Source of the DNA: Candidatus Yanofskybacteria bacterium RIFCSPHIGHO2_01_FULL_43_32
GTDB taxonomy: Bacteria; Patescibacteriota; Minisyncoccia; 2-02-FULL-40-12; GWA2-44-9
Assembly (NCBI GenBank): GCA_001794125.1
Contig: MGJF01000002.1
Span: 236,514 to 300,513 of the forward strand
Direction: 5' to 3'
Length of the DNA stretch: 64,000 nucleotides
The notes beneath the pieces were generated by a model. It had not been told where the DNA came from, made no database searches, and saw only the letters and a list, made by a program, of their open reading frames with translations. This document shows, one piece after another, positions 37,027 through 46,159 of this stretch. Position 1 is the stretch's first letter. Every line of letters starts with the position of its first letter. The position numbers and the translations under genes were made by a program.

Positions 37027-37440
37027 TTCGCCTCTCCCCATTTCCGACCTGTTGCCTGCGCCTCCGGTCTCCTTCGGACAAATCATCAAATTATTCTCAA
37101 TTTGCTTAATAAATTTCAGTAACCGTTCTTTCTTCATAAGATTCAGGAATTTCCGACTAAAATTTATTGGGATTAAGCAAATTATCAAATAATTTGATGA
37201 TCGTGTTACCCTCGGAGGCAAATGGTCTGAAATGGGGGGAAGCCTGCACTTTAAGTTGACAAGTAAAATCCCAGCCATATCCCTGTCTGAATCACTCCTC
37301 GCAGCGATACGGTAACATAAAGAAGCTGACAGATAGGAAATTGAAGCTATAGTCGAAGCGATCGCTTCAATTTCCGTACATCCGTCAGCTCTTTTGTCGT
37401 ATCGCGGAGATGTGATGAAGAGAGGGATTGGCAGGGAATA
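37027..37440 (+). repeat. ~410-bp structured non-coding element, family 2 copy B
   Basis: shares three conserved blocks with 16330-16740; internal long inverted repeat ATCATCAAATTATT..ATTTGCTTAAT/ATTAAGCAAAT..AAATAATTTGATGAT and hairpin GAAATTGAAGC...GCTTCAATTTC. Confidence 0.6.
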
Positions 37441-37500
37441 AGCAAGTGGGAAAGGTTGAACATAAAGTTTAATTAAAAAAGCCGACGGTGGTCGGCAATA

Positions 37501-37839
37501 CTATTCTCTCATTTCCGGATAGAATTCGGGGCATACATGAGGCCGGCCCGTGGTGGTTCCGCATAGTTGGCAAGAAAATGTTCGTCCTTCTTTTTGGTTT
37601 TGTTCTTGCATAAATTTAACCCCTAAAACCGTAGGGACATAGCGATATCTTTCCGGAATTTGACTGACCAATTGCAGCAGGCCCATAGCGCACATTGCCC
37701 GTAATTCTATCTCCAAGTGACTTTGTTCCTTGTTGAGTTTGGCGGCAATTTCAGGAAGAGTGTGAATATTATGAGCTAATTCCAAAACCTTATCCCAACC
37801 CCTCTCCGCGGCAAATTCAAACAACTTTTCTTTCGTCAT
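37501..37839 (-). CDS. Small hypothetical protein, winged-helix-like core plus C-terminal zinc ribbon (CQLCG...CPEF)
   Basis: palindrome CTGATAAtttTTATCAG in its upstream region. Confidence 0.45.
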   Translation of the reverse strand: MTKEKLFEFAAERGWDKVLELAHNIHTLPEIAAKLNKEQSHLEIELRAMCAMGLLQLVSQIPERYRYVPTVLGVKFMQEQNQKEGRTFSCQLCGTTTGRPHVCPEFYPEMRE

Positions 37840-37929
37840 CCTTGACCTCTTTATATTTCAAGAACCTGATAATTTTTATCAGATAACGAAAAAATTGTCA
37901 AACAAAAAAGCGGCTTCTATTGCCGCCAT

Positions 37930-38559
37930 TTATGATTCTTTTGTCCCGATATTGTTCTCGAACGGCTGACATTCAATCTGGCACCGATTTAATATGTTGA
38001 CGTGTTTATTATATTCCTGCGCATATTTTTTAAATCTTTCCACACCAACAATGCCGATAAGCGCCGAGTTGAAAAATTCGTCATAAAGTCTTAATTCGCC
38101 GGAGCGAAAAGCTCTGACATTGGCGGGTCTTTCTGCCGCCTTCTCAATTGAAGATGCCATTGAGGACGCTATTGATTTCAGGTCTTCTTTGGTAAAATGT
38201 TCCCGGAACCACGGACTCATGATTTCAAGATTATCGCGCGTATACCTGACGACATCAATCATTGCCTTACGAATTGTATCAAAATAGACCAGATAACTCA
38301 CGGGAACAGAAAAATTTGTTCCGGCTGTCATGCGCCCGAAAAGAGTAATTCGGCTTTTAGCCAGAACTATCGTCTCGACAATTTCGGGCAGAGATTCCGG
38401 CTGTCCAACATCTTCCTTGATTATGCCCAGCATAATTTCCTCCATAGACACCCTCAGGGCTTCGTTCAAATCACGACCTGAATAATTTTTAAAGAACACT
38501 TCTCTGACAGCCGCTTCCGTCATTTCATCATCCCCACACAATATAGAGTAACAAAACAA
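37930..38559 (-). CDS. Hypothetical protein (probable start at 38523 MTEAAV...)
   Basis: terminator hairpin 37910-37926 with downstream T-run on minus strand. Confidence 0.5.
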   Translation of the reverse strand: MFCYSILCGDDEMTEAAVREVFFKNYSGRDLNEALRVSMEEIMLGIIKEDVGQPESLPEIVETIVLAKSRITLFGRMTAGTNFSVPVSYLVYFDTIRKAMIDVVRYTRDNLEIMSPWFREHFTKEDLKSIASSMASSIEKAAERPANVRAFRSGELRLYDEFFNSALIGIVGVERFKKYAQEYNKHVNILNRCQIECQPFENNIGTKES

Positions 38560-38600
38560 TACAACAAAACACCAAGCCAGTCAACACTGGTAAGCAAGCT

Positions 38601-39407
38601 CTACTTAATCCTGATATTCAATACCAAATCCCCTGACATCTTTCCGGCTTTGCCGGTGTTTCCGCCTTTGGGAATAACTATATTGTAATTATTTTCTAAA
38701 TTTTCGGGAATGCGGATTTCCAGTTTCTTTTTGGCTTTAACCCTGCCCGCTCCTTTGCACTTGGAACATTCTTTTTCGGGCATCCTGCCTTTGCCTCGGC
38801 AAGTACCGCAAACACCAATACGGGTAAACATGCCCATCGCAGTCCTTGAGGTATATCTTATCTGGCCGGTGCCATGGCAGGTGTTGCAGGTAATAATTTT
38901 ATATCCCTTGGCAACTCCTTGCCCCGCGCATTCATCGCAGGTTCCAAATGAATCATATTCAACCGTCTTGGTAGTTCCTAAATCTTTTTTGCTTATAGTC
39001 AACTCCAGATACAAATTCTCCCCCTTTGAGTCCTCTTCTTCCTGTTGGGGCTGACGGAATCCGCCGAAAACATCCGAGAACATTTCAAACAAATCCTCGG
39101 CTCCGCCGGTTCGCCCCTGTGAACCGCCGAAGAAATCCCAGAAGTTTCCTCCCTGTCCGCCAAAATCATATCCCCCCTGCTGGAATCCCCCATCACTGTA
39201 ACCAAAACCGAAGTTGTCGTAATTAGACCTCTTCTTTGGATCGGATAAGATTTGATAGGCCTCGTTTATCTCCTTGAACTTCGCCTCATTGCCTGTTTTC
39301 TTATCAGGATGATGCTCGTGGGCCAACTTACGAAATGCTTTCTTAATCTCATCTTCCGAGGCATTTCTCTGAACACCTAATATATTGTAATAATCCTTAT
39401 TTTGCAT
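38601..39407 (-). CDS. dnaJ: Molecular chaperone DnaJ (short form: J-domain, G/F region, CxxCxGxG zinc finger, truncated C-terminal domain)
   Basis: [31 protein letters not shown]; four CxxCxG repeats. Confidence 0.8.
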   Translation of the reverse strand: MQNKDYYNILGVQRNASEDEIKKAFRKLAHEHHPDKKTGNEAKFKEINEAYQILSDPKKRSNYDNFGFGYSDGGFQQGGYDFGGQGGNFWDFFGGSQGRTGGAEDLFEMFSDVFGGFRQPQQEEEDSKGENLYLELTISKKDLGTTKTVEYDSFGTCDECAGQGVAKGYKIITCNTCHGTGQIRYTSRTAMGMFTRIGVCGTCRGKGRMPEKECSKCKGAGRVKAKKKLEIRIPENLENNYNIVIPKGGNTGKAGKMSGDLVLNIRIK

Positions 39408-39440
39408 AAAAATGGCTTATTTTCTTACTATTTTACACTA

Positions 39441-39542
39441 CTTGACCCCTCACCTTTTGAGCAATTGTGATTATATCACAATTTTGCAGATTTTTGCTCG
39501 AAAGGTGAGGGGTTGACAAAATGATTCAATATATGATATAAT
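39441..39542. promoter_or_regulatory. Divergent promoter/operator region: 21-bp inverted repeat CTTGACCCCTCACCTTTTGAGC / GCTCGAAAGGTGAGGGGTTGACAA, inner palindrome AATTGTGATtataTCACAATT, and plus-strand TTGACA(39513)-18-TATAAT(39537)
   Basis: read directly. Confidence 0.55.
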
Positions 39543-39547
39543 TAAAA

Positions 39548-39996
39548 CATAGTTACGTAATCGCCGTTTTAGAGGCCCGGCGGCTTGTAGAATAGAGCCT
39601 CAAAGTTCTTCGAAATTCGGGGGGGTGCACGACACGCGACCCGATAGAGGGTTGGCGCGCAGTTCTCTCCCGATACCTGGCCAGAAGGAAAAGATCGGCA
39701 GCGACGAGTGATGCGCAGATGGCGCATCTGTTGTCATGGGCTGTCGACAAGAACCCCTTCTGCGAAAGGCCGGATCAGACGCACCAGGGCGTCCCGGCGT
39801 TATTCGTCTTTTCGGCGGATAAGAACCTGCCTTGTGCATTCACAGGTAGGAATGCATCGTAAAGCGGTAGAGGCCTCAAGCCCAATTCCGCAGCTGGGTA
39901 CGTCAACCCCAGCACGCGTCTTCCTTTTGCGGAGTGGTCTCCTAACCGTGCTTTAGCCGGTTAAGGAACTCTGTCGGGAAGGCGTTTTTTGTTTTT
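39548..39996 (+). ncRNA. Candidate abundant structured ncRNA (GC-rich, ORF-free); possibly RNase P RNA (P4-like GAAAGGCCGG...AGGGC and AGCCGGUUAAGG) but unconfirmed
   Basis: consensus promoter immediately upstream, GC ~58 % vs AT-rich genome, many local hairpins, ends in T-run 39985-39996; followed by 19-bp stem hairpin 39997-40059. Confidence 0.45.
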
Positions 39997-40060
39997 CCCC
40001 GCCGTTGAAAAGAAATGGTTTGCAACAATGCCAAAGGCAGTTTCTTTTCAACGGCGGGGT

Positions 40061-40855
40061 TTAAACCACCAACACTTCCGCTTTCACATCCTTCTCTTCG
40101 GTCCGGACAACCCGGGTCTTTTTTAATATCCAGAACAAAATCATTCCGACCAGCATACCGCACCAGATAAAAATAAATGACAGGCCAGACAAAATAAGAA
40201 ACAGTCCAAATGCCAATATCGGCGGCGCAAACCGGAAATACGGTTTTAAAAATTGGTTGACTTGCTGATAAGCCTGACTGGCAATTTGGCCGACAATATA
40301 TCTACGTTCAGCGGCATTTTGCGTGTCCAAACGCGGACCGATAAACTTATCAGCGACCTGCTGAAAAAAAGTCTGCGTCTGACCGGGCAAAGCGCCGGCT
40401 TTTTCTATTTGAGTTAATAACGGACTCTGATATGCGGCAAAGGATATCATTACAAAAAGCCCCAGGACCACTGATGTAAGACCATGATAAAACATGTCGG
40501 GAATGTTCATTATTTTCCGTTCAATAATCTCGCGCCGGACCCGGTTGGCTGACCAGAGGTTAAAAATCAGAAAAATTCCAACGGCGACAAAATTAAGCCA
40601 ATTCCAGCCAAAAACATAAAGAAATATAAGTCCTATGATTCCGGCCGTGGTCAGAGACCAGCGCCGCTGTTGGAACAAAACATATCCAAGCACAAGAACC
40701 GCAATTAGCAAAACGAAAGCACCCAGAGCCGGTATCTTGAAGTCGATTCCCGTAACGGCATCAAATTTAGCCGACTGACCGCCTAACCACATCCGCCAAG
40801 CCAAAACCGCCACCCCCGCATGCCAGATAATTAGTTTTGTTGTTAATTTATTCAT
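40061..40855 (-). CDS. Polytopic membrane protein, hypothetical
   Basis: 7-8 TM segments. Confidence 0.55.
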   Translation of the reverse strand: MNKLTTKLIIWHAGVAVLAWRMWLGGQSAKFDAVTGIDFKIPALGAFVLLIAVLVLGYVLFQQRRWSLTTAGIIGLIFLYVFGWNWLNFVAVGIFLIFNLWSANRVRREIIERKIMNIPDMFYHGLTSVVLGLFVMISFAAYQSPLLTQIEKAGALPGQTQTFFQQVADKFIGPRLDTQNAAERRYIVGQIASQAYQQVNQFLKPYFRFAPPILAFGLFLILSGLSFIFIWCGMLVGMILFWILKKTRVVRTEEKDVKAEVLVV

Positions 40856-40928
40856 GCATTCACAAAATTAGTTCCTCGAAGACTGTTCAGGATATATGCC
40901 TTCCTCGAACCAGAATAGATTTGTTCCG

Positions 40929-41013
40929 GCGGCAAATCTTTCTTGTCTCTCGGCATTTCGCAGAACCAAGCCGAAATGCCTCCGAGTCCTTCTCTGAAGG
41001 CATATATCCCTCA
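40929..41013 (+). repeat. Structured repeat family 1, copy 2 (intergenic)
   Basis: GCGGCAAATCTTTCTTGTCTCTCGGCATTtcgcAGAACCAAGCcgaaATGCCTCCGAGTCCTTCTCTGAAGGCA. Confidence 0.6.
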
Positions 41014-41028
41014 CTAAAAATTCTATAA

Positions 41029-41364
41029 TCAATCTTGTTCATTTATCAATTTAAACTTAACCACCTTAACCATTGTATCTAAATTTACCTTATCACCATA
41101 ATATTTCTTTAGGGATTGCAGCATCTCATCTTTACTATCCCACTTCTCGTGTCCATCAAGGTCAATGTCGTCAATCTCGCCAAGCTTTTTATACACCACT
41201 TCGGTTATTACGGCTTTGGAAAACGCCTCTCCGGAATCGCTGTTTACTAATTCCAATTCATCACCATCTTTCAAATCCTTATCATCAAAAAGGCGCATGG
41301 TGGCAGTTTTAACTCCTTCCAAAATCCATCTCGCCTTAAAATCTTTAAATTTCAGAGTTTTCAT
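41029..41364 (-). CDS. ASCH domain protein
   Basis: ARWILEGVKTATMRLFD motif typical of ASCH. Confidence 0.7.
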   Translation of the reverse strand: MKTLKFKDFKARWILEGVKTATMRLFDDKDLKDGDELELVNSDSGEAFSKAVITEVVYKKLGEIDDIDLDGHEKWDSKDEMLQSLKKYYGDKVNLDTMVKVVKFKLINEQD

Positions 41365-41384
41365 TTATTAAGTATTTTTAGAGC

Positions 41385-41515
41385 CCCCAGCCACATACCC
41401 ACAGGGAGAACTTGCGCAAACGTTTCGGCTTGGTTCTTCGAAACGTTGAGCATGTAGATAGCGCCGAGCCGCTGGAGCGAGGCGACTATCGGTCGAGTCG
41501 GGGGTATGTGGCTGG
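41385..41515. repeat. Large palindromic structure (CCAGCCACATACCC ... GGGTATGTGGCTGG) enclosing an inverted copy of the family-1 hairpin (CGTTTCG gcttggttctt CGAAACG)
   Basis: read directly; lies between dnaK stop and ASCH gene start. Confidence 0.5.
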
Positions 41516-41548
41516 GAGCGATTCTGAAAAATGAATGAGATAGAGCGA

Positions 41549-43429
41549 TTAGTCTTTAGGGTCCTCCTTCGGAATCTCGTTCTCCGGATTTGGCGGTGTC
41601 GGCTGAGGTTCGGCTTGGCCGGATTTGTACAACTCTCCCCCGATTCTTTGCGCCACTTTGGATAATTCTTCCGTAGCTTTTTTGATCTCCTCTATGTTCT
41701 CCGACTTTAAGATGGTTTTAACCGCTTCGGCCTTTTCGTTCAATTCCTTTTTATCCTCTTCTTTTATTTTAGCATCATTTTTCTTGACCATCTTTTCCGA
41801 AGTGTAGGCAAGTGTTTCTCCGAGATTTCGAGCCTCAACCAATTCTTTCTTTTTGGCGTCTTCAACGGCATGCTTTTCGGCATCAGCCATCATCCGCTTC
41901 TTCTCATCTTCAGTCAGACCGGAAGAACCCTCTATTTTTACCGACTGTTCTTTTCCGGTAGCTTTATCTTTAGCTTTTACATTGAGAATTCCGTTAGCAT
42001 CTATATCAAAGCTTACTTCAACTTGAGGAATACCCCGAGGAGCCGGAGGAATGCCATCCAGAATAAATCTTCCGAGAGTTTTATTGTCATGCGCCATGGC
42101 TCTTTCACCTTGTAGCACGTGAATCTCCACCGAGGGCTGGTTATCAGCCGCGGTTGAGAATATCTGAGATTTGGAAACCGGAACAGTCGTGTTCTTGTCT
42201 ATCATTTTAGTAAACACCTGGCCGAGAGTTTCAATTCCCAGCGACAACGGCGTTACGTCCAGAAGCAGCACATCGCGGATCTCGCCCTGCATGATTCCGC
42301 CTTGCACGGCCGCGCCTAAAGCGACGACTTCGTCCGGGTTTATGTCTTTGTGAGGATCTTTTCCGAATAAATTCTTAACCTCCTGGACTATCAAAGGCAT
42401 TCTCGTCTGTCCACCAACCATAATAACTTCATTAATGTCGCCAATTTTAAATCCGCTTTCATCTAATGTCTTTTTTGTAAGTTGGATGGATTTGTCCACC
42501 AGGTCTTTAACTAATTCTTCAAGCTTGGCTCTGGTAAAAATAACAGAGAAATGTTTTGCGCCCGAGGCATCAGCGGAAATGAAAGGAATGCTCACTTCCG
42601 TCTGCATGGTGCTGGAAAGCTCGTGCTTGGCCTTCTCGGCGGCATCTTTTAACCTTTGGACAGCCAACTGGTCTTTTGAGATATCTACTCCGTGTTCTTT
42701 TTTATATTCTTCTATAAAGTAGCTTATAATCTTCTGGTCTATATCGTCTCCCCCCAAATGAGTATCTCCTCCCGTTCCTCTGACTTCTATCGTGTCGTCT
42801 CCTATTTCAAGCACAGAAACATCAAATGTTCCTCCGCCAAAATCATAGACTACTATCTTTTCATCCTTTTTCTTGTTTAGTCCGTAAGCAAGCGCGGCGG
42901 CTGTAGGTTCGTTAATAACTCTTTTTACATTAAGTCCCGCGATTTCTCCCGCATCTTTGGTGGCTTTTCTTTGAGAGTCATCAAAATACGCCGGCACAGT
43001 AATGATCACGTCTGTTATTTTTTCCCCCAATCTGTCTTCAGCATCAGCTTTTAATTTTTGGAGAACCATCGCCGATACTTCGGCCGGTTTAAGCCACTTA
43101 TCGCCCATCTTTATTTCAACATCATCGTGAGCTCCCGCTCTTAATTCATAAGGAAGAAGTTTTTTGTCTTTCTGAACTTCGGCATCGGAAAACCGGCGGC
43201 CGATAAGCCGTTTCATCGAATAAATAGTGTTGGCCGGATTTGTAACCGCTTGTCTCTTAGCGGTTACACCAACATATCTTTCGCCATTTTTGCCCATGGC
43301 GACAACGGACGGGGTAGTCCTCATCCCCTCTTTGTTTTCCAATATTCTCGGTTGACCCACTTCTACTACTGCCATCGCCGAATTGGTTGTTCCTAAATCG
43401 ATTCCTAATATTTTTGCCATTTTGAACAA
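41549..43429 (-). CDS. dnaK: Molecular chaperone DnaK (Hsp70)
   Basis: [23 protein letters not shown], full-length 626 aa. Confidence 0.95.
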   Translation of the reverse strand: MFKMAKILGIDLGTTNSAMAVVEVGQPRILENKEGMRTTPSVVAMGKNGERYVGVTAKRQAVTNPANTIYSMKRLIGRRFSDAEVQKDKKLLPYELRAGAHDDVEIKMGDKWLKPAEVSAMVLQKLKADAEDRLGEKITDVIITVPAYFDDSQRKATKDAGEIAGLNVKRVINEPTAAALAYGLNKKKDEKIVVYDFGGGTFDVSVLEIGDDTIEVRGTGGDTHLGGDDIDQKIISYFIEEYKKEHGVDISKDQLAVQRLKDAAEKAKHELSSTMQTEVSIPFISADASGAKHFSVIFTRAKLEELVKDLVDKSIQLTKKTLDESGFKIGDINEVIMVGGQTRMPLIVQEVKNLFGKDPHKDINPDEVVALGAAVQGGIMQGEIRDVLLLDVTPLSLGIETLGQVFTKMIDKNTTVPVSKSQIFSTAADNQPSVEIHVLQGERAMAHDNKTLGRFILDGIPPAPRGIPQVEVSFDIDANGILNVKAKDKATGKEQSVKIEGSSGLTEDEKKRMMADAEKHAVEDAKKKELVEARNLGETLAYTSEKMVKKNDAKIKEEDKKELNEKAEAVKTILKSENIEEIKKATEELSKVAQRIGGELYKSGQAEPQPTPPNPENEIPKEDPKD

Positions 43430-43487
43430 TGAACAGTGAACAATGAACAGTGAACAAATTTTTAATGCTCATTGCTCAATGCTCACT
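43423..43487. repeat. Two tandem heptamer arrays abutting dnaK start: (TGAACAR)x5 and (TGCTCAN)x3
   Basis: tgaacaatgaacagtgaacaatgaacagtgaacaa ... tgctcattgctcaatgctcac. Confidence 0.55.
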
Positions 43488-43491
43488 GAAT

Positions 43492-43935
43492 TTATTTTGT
43501 TAATTTTACTCTTGCGGGGCGGATAACTTTGCCGTGCATTGTATATCCTGCCCTAACCTCAACCATTTTTGTCCCTTCTTTTTCCGTTTCCACTGCCTCA
43601 TGTAGGGCTGGATTGAATTGACCTTCCATGTTAATTCTTTCTACTCCATATTTTTTAAATAATTCACTGAATTTTTTACTTACATGTTCCAGACCGACAC
43701 CGGGAACTTCTTTCGCAACAATCTCCAGGTCATCTACCAGCTCCATCATCTCAAGAACAAGGTCCTCATTTGCGAACCTCGCAAATTCTTCCATTCTCCG
43801 CGACTCATCTTTCTTATAATTTATAAAGTCCGCCCTTTCTCTTTTCCAGTTGTTCAGATATTCCTCTGCTTTATCTGCGGTTTCAACCGGTGTTTCTTCG
43901 GCCACTATTTCGTTTTTTATTTCGTCTTTATCCAT
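43492..43935 (-). CDS. grpE: Nucleotide exchange factor GrpE
   Basis: position in hrcA-grpE-dnaK and C-terminal GrpE beta domain VRAGYTMHGKVIRPARV. Confidence 0.8.
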   Translation of the reverse strand: MDKDEIKNEIVAEETPVETADKAEEYLNNWKRERADFINYKKDESRRMEEFARFANEDLVLEMMELVDDLEIVAKEVPGVGLEHVSKKFSELFKKYGVERINMEGQFNPALHEAVETEKEGTKMVEVRAGYTMHGKVIRPARVKLTK

Positions 43936-43939
43936 GTTT

Positions 43940-44695
43940 TTATTTATTAATTAATTTATTTAATTCCTCTGTCATAAATTTGATTAAAGCGATATTTTTC
44001 TCATAATCCATTCTCGTCGGCCCAACCAGTGTCAGTGAGCCGACACAGTTTCCCGGAAGACCATATTTGGCGCACATTACTGTTTCATGCTGAATCTGCC
44101 GGAAAGGACTTTCTTTGCCTATCATTATCTGAACAGGAATGCCTCGTGGGGCTCCCAGAGTATTAAAGAATTCTCTTTCAATAAACTGAAACATCCCCTC
44201 AAACTCTTCAAAAAATCTTGCCAACTGAAACGCCTCGCCAAACTCTTTAAACTCCGGATTTTCAAATAAACTTACCAGTCCCTTTTTAAAAAAATCCTGA
44301 TCTTGTGATATCCCTGTGATTACCAGATTTTCAGAAAGATTGGACAATACTCTGGCAACAACTTTATTTATTTCTCTTGGATCAGGAGGTATCCCGTTAA
44401 GCGCATCTTTAATTTTCTTTTTATGCCCCGTTTCAAGGTTTAAATTCTTCTTGGTCTCCAGTAAGGAATTTACATAGTATCGGTAGGCCTTGTCTGTCGG
44501 CACCCTCCCGCCGGAAGTGTGGAGCTGAGCAAGGTAGCCGGTCTTTTCAAGTTCTGCCATTTCATTCCTTAGAGTAGCCGGACTAAGCTTAAAACCCGCT
44601 TTTTTGGCTATCAAAGCAGACCCTACCGGCTTTGCGGTTTTTACATGTTCTCTTATTATGAAATCTAATAGTTTTACCTGTCTTGAACTTAACAT
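43940..44695 (-). CDS. hrcA: Heat-inducible transcription repressor HrcA
   Basis: wHTH N-terminus PVGSALIAKKAGFKLSPATLRNEMAELE. Confidence 0.85.
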   Translation of the reverse strand: MLSSRQVKLLDFIIREHVKTAKPVGSALIAKKAGFKLSPATLRNEMAELEKTGYLAQLHTSGGRVPTDKAYRYYVNSLLETKKNLNLETGHKKKIKDALNGIPPDPREINKVVARVLSNLSENLVITGISQDQDFFKKGLVSLFENPEFKEFGEAFQLARFFEEFEGMFQFIEREFFNTLGAPRGIPVQIMIGKESPFRQIQHETVMCAKYGLPGNCVGSLTLVGPTRMDYEKNIALIKFMTEELNKLINK

Positions 44696-44712
44696 TTTTG
44701 TATATTATCAAA

Positions 44713-44739
44713 ACTGGCACTCCGATGTCAAGACTGCTA
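44713..44739. promoter_or_regulatory. CIRCE operator (cTGGCACTC-N9-GAcTGCTAA vs consensus TTAGCACTC-N9-GAGTGCTAA) 18 bp upstream of hrcA
   Basis: 15/18 match, N9 spacing. Confidence 0.65.
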
Positions 44740-44846
44740 ACTCTGTGGATAAATAAAAGCCCTTCAATGGTCAATGATTACCCCCTCAAACAGTTGTTTA
44801 TTAATTATTTAATGATAAAATAAAATATCTGACCCCATCTGATACC

Positions 44847-46157
44847 ATGCCAAACAAACTAAAAAAATTCTGGAAGTCCCTCGGGCCGGGTTTGATAACC
44901 GGCGCCTCGGATGATGATCCTTCTGGCATAGTCACCTACTCGGTGGCTGGTTCCCGGCTGGGACCAAGCGCGGTGTGGACAATGCTTTATATTCTCCCCC
45001 TGATGATATCCGTTCAGAAAATGAGCGCGAAGATAGGCATATCCTCGTCGTGCGGGCTGACCGGAAATATCAAGCGTTATTATTCTAAAAGCCTTCTGAT
45101 ATTCATATCGAGTCTTATTATAATATCCAATACATTCAACATCGGGGCCAATGTTTTCGGAATGGCCTCTGCCATAGAAATGTTCACTCCCCAATCAACA
45201 AACTTGATATCTTGGGCGATAATAGGTTTAATACTTATTCTTATCATCATCCTGCCATACAGAAAGATAGTCACAATTTTCAAGTGGCTTGCTTTTTCTT
45301 TGTTTGCCTATGTAATTGCAGGACTGCTGGTAATAAACGACTGGCCGAGACTAATGTATCATCTGGTGGTACCGTCCATATCCTTTGATAAAAGTAGCCT
45401 GATGATACTGGTAGCCATTTTCGGCACCACTCTTTCGCCATATATGGCTTTCTGGCAAGCAAGCGAAGAGGCGGAAGAAAAAAAGATTAAAACAGGCGGT
45501 GAAGGCAAGAATTTCGTTTGTGAATATAAAATAGTGACAAAAAACGAGCTAAGGCGCGTTACCCACGATACCAGTGTGGGAATGTTCTTCTCTAACTTTA
45601 TCGGATTCTTTATTATAGCCCTGACCGGTGCCGTACTTTTTGGCGCTGGTATAAGGGATATTGAAACCATAAAAGAAGCAGCAGAAGCCTTAAGACCACT
45701 GGCCGGAGACTATGCTTACATCTTGTTCGCTCTGGGTGTTATCAGTGCCGGAGTTTTGGCAATACCTATTCTGGCCGGATCGTCGGCATATGTACTGTCG
45801 GAAATATTCAACTGGGGAGGAAGTCTGGATAAACCATTTTCAAAAGCCAAAGAATTTTATCTTGTTATAATATTTTCCGCCATTATTGGACTAATAATTC
45901 CTTATCTTGGAATAGGTCCCATTAAAGCGCTTCTTTGGACATCCATAATTCATGGAATTGTGGCTCCGTTCCTGATAGTGACGCTGATACACATGGCAAA
46001 CAATCCCGCGATAGTCGGCCCGAATGTTAATAATAAAAGAGAGAACTCCATTGCCTATTTTGCCTTATTCCTGATGTCTTTGGCTGTTATTGTGTTCTTA
46101 TTCATTGAAACACCGGTTGAAGATGCAAAAGCGCTTATTTTTAATCTGCTTAAGTAG
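44847..46157 (+). CDS. mntH: NRAMP family divalent metal (Mn/Fe) transporter
   Basis: GPGLITGASDDDPSGI motif and 11-12 TM. Confidence 0.8.
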   Translation: MPNKLKKFWKSLGPGLITGASDDDPSGIVTYSVAGSRLGPSAVWTMLYILPLMISVQKMSAKIGISSSCGLTGNIKRYYSKSLLIFISSLIIISNTFNIGANVFGMASAIEMFTPQSTNLISWAIIGLILILIIILPYRKIVTIFKWLAFSLFAYVIAGLLVINDWPRLMYHLVVPSISFDKSSLMILVAIFGTTLSPYMAFWQASEEAEEKKIKTGGEGKNFVCEYKIVTKNELRRVTHDTSVGMFFSNFIGFFIIALTGAVLFGAGIRDIETIKEAAEALRPLAGDYAYILFALGVISAGVLAIPILAGSSAYVLSEIFNWGGSLDKPFSKAKEFYLVIIFSAIIGLIIPYLGIGPIKALLWTSIIHGIVAPFLIVTLIHMANNPAIVGPNVNNKRENSIAYFALFLMSLAVIVFLFIETPVEDAKALIFNLLK

Positions 46158-46159
46158 TT

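Noticed and set aside
36973-37278. ORF 36973..37278 (-)
   Set aside because: It lies within repeat family 2 copy B, the translation is low-complexity, and the equivalent region of copy A has no ORF.
39553-39956. ORFs 39553..39750 -, 39600..39839 -, 39708..39956 + inside the GC-rich region
   Set aside because: The translations are Arg/Pro-rich and unlike real proteins. The region is better explained as a structured RNA with its own promoter.
43423-43487. CRISPR-like array
   Set aside because: The repeats are 7-nt tandem units without spacers and there are no cas genes. They are simple tandem repeats in the dnaK 5' UTR.
44743-44751. Perfect DnaA box TGTGGATAA next to the CIRCE operator
   Set aside because: It is a single 9-mer, and ~0.5 occurrences are expected by chance in 64 kb. 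There is no cluster.
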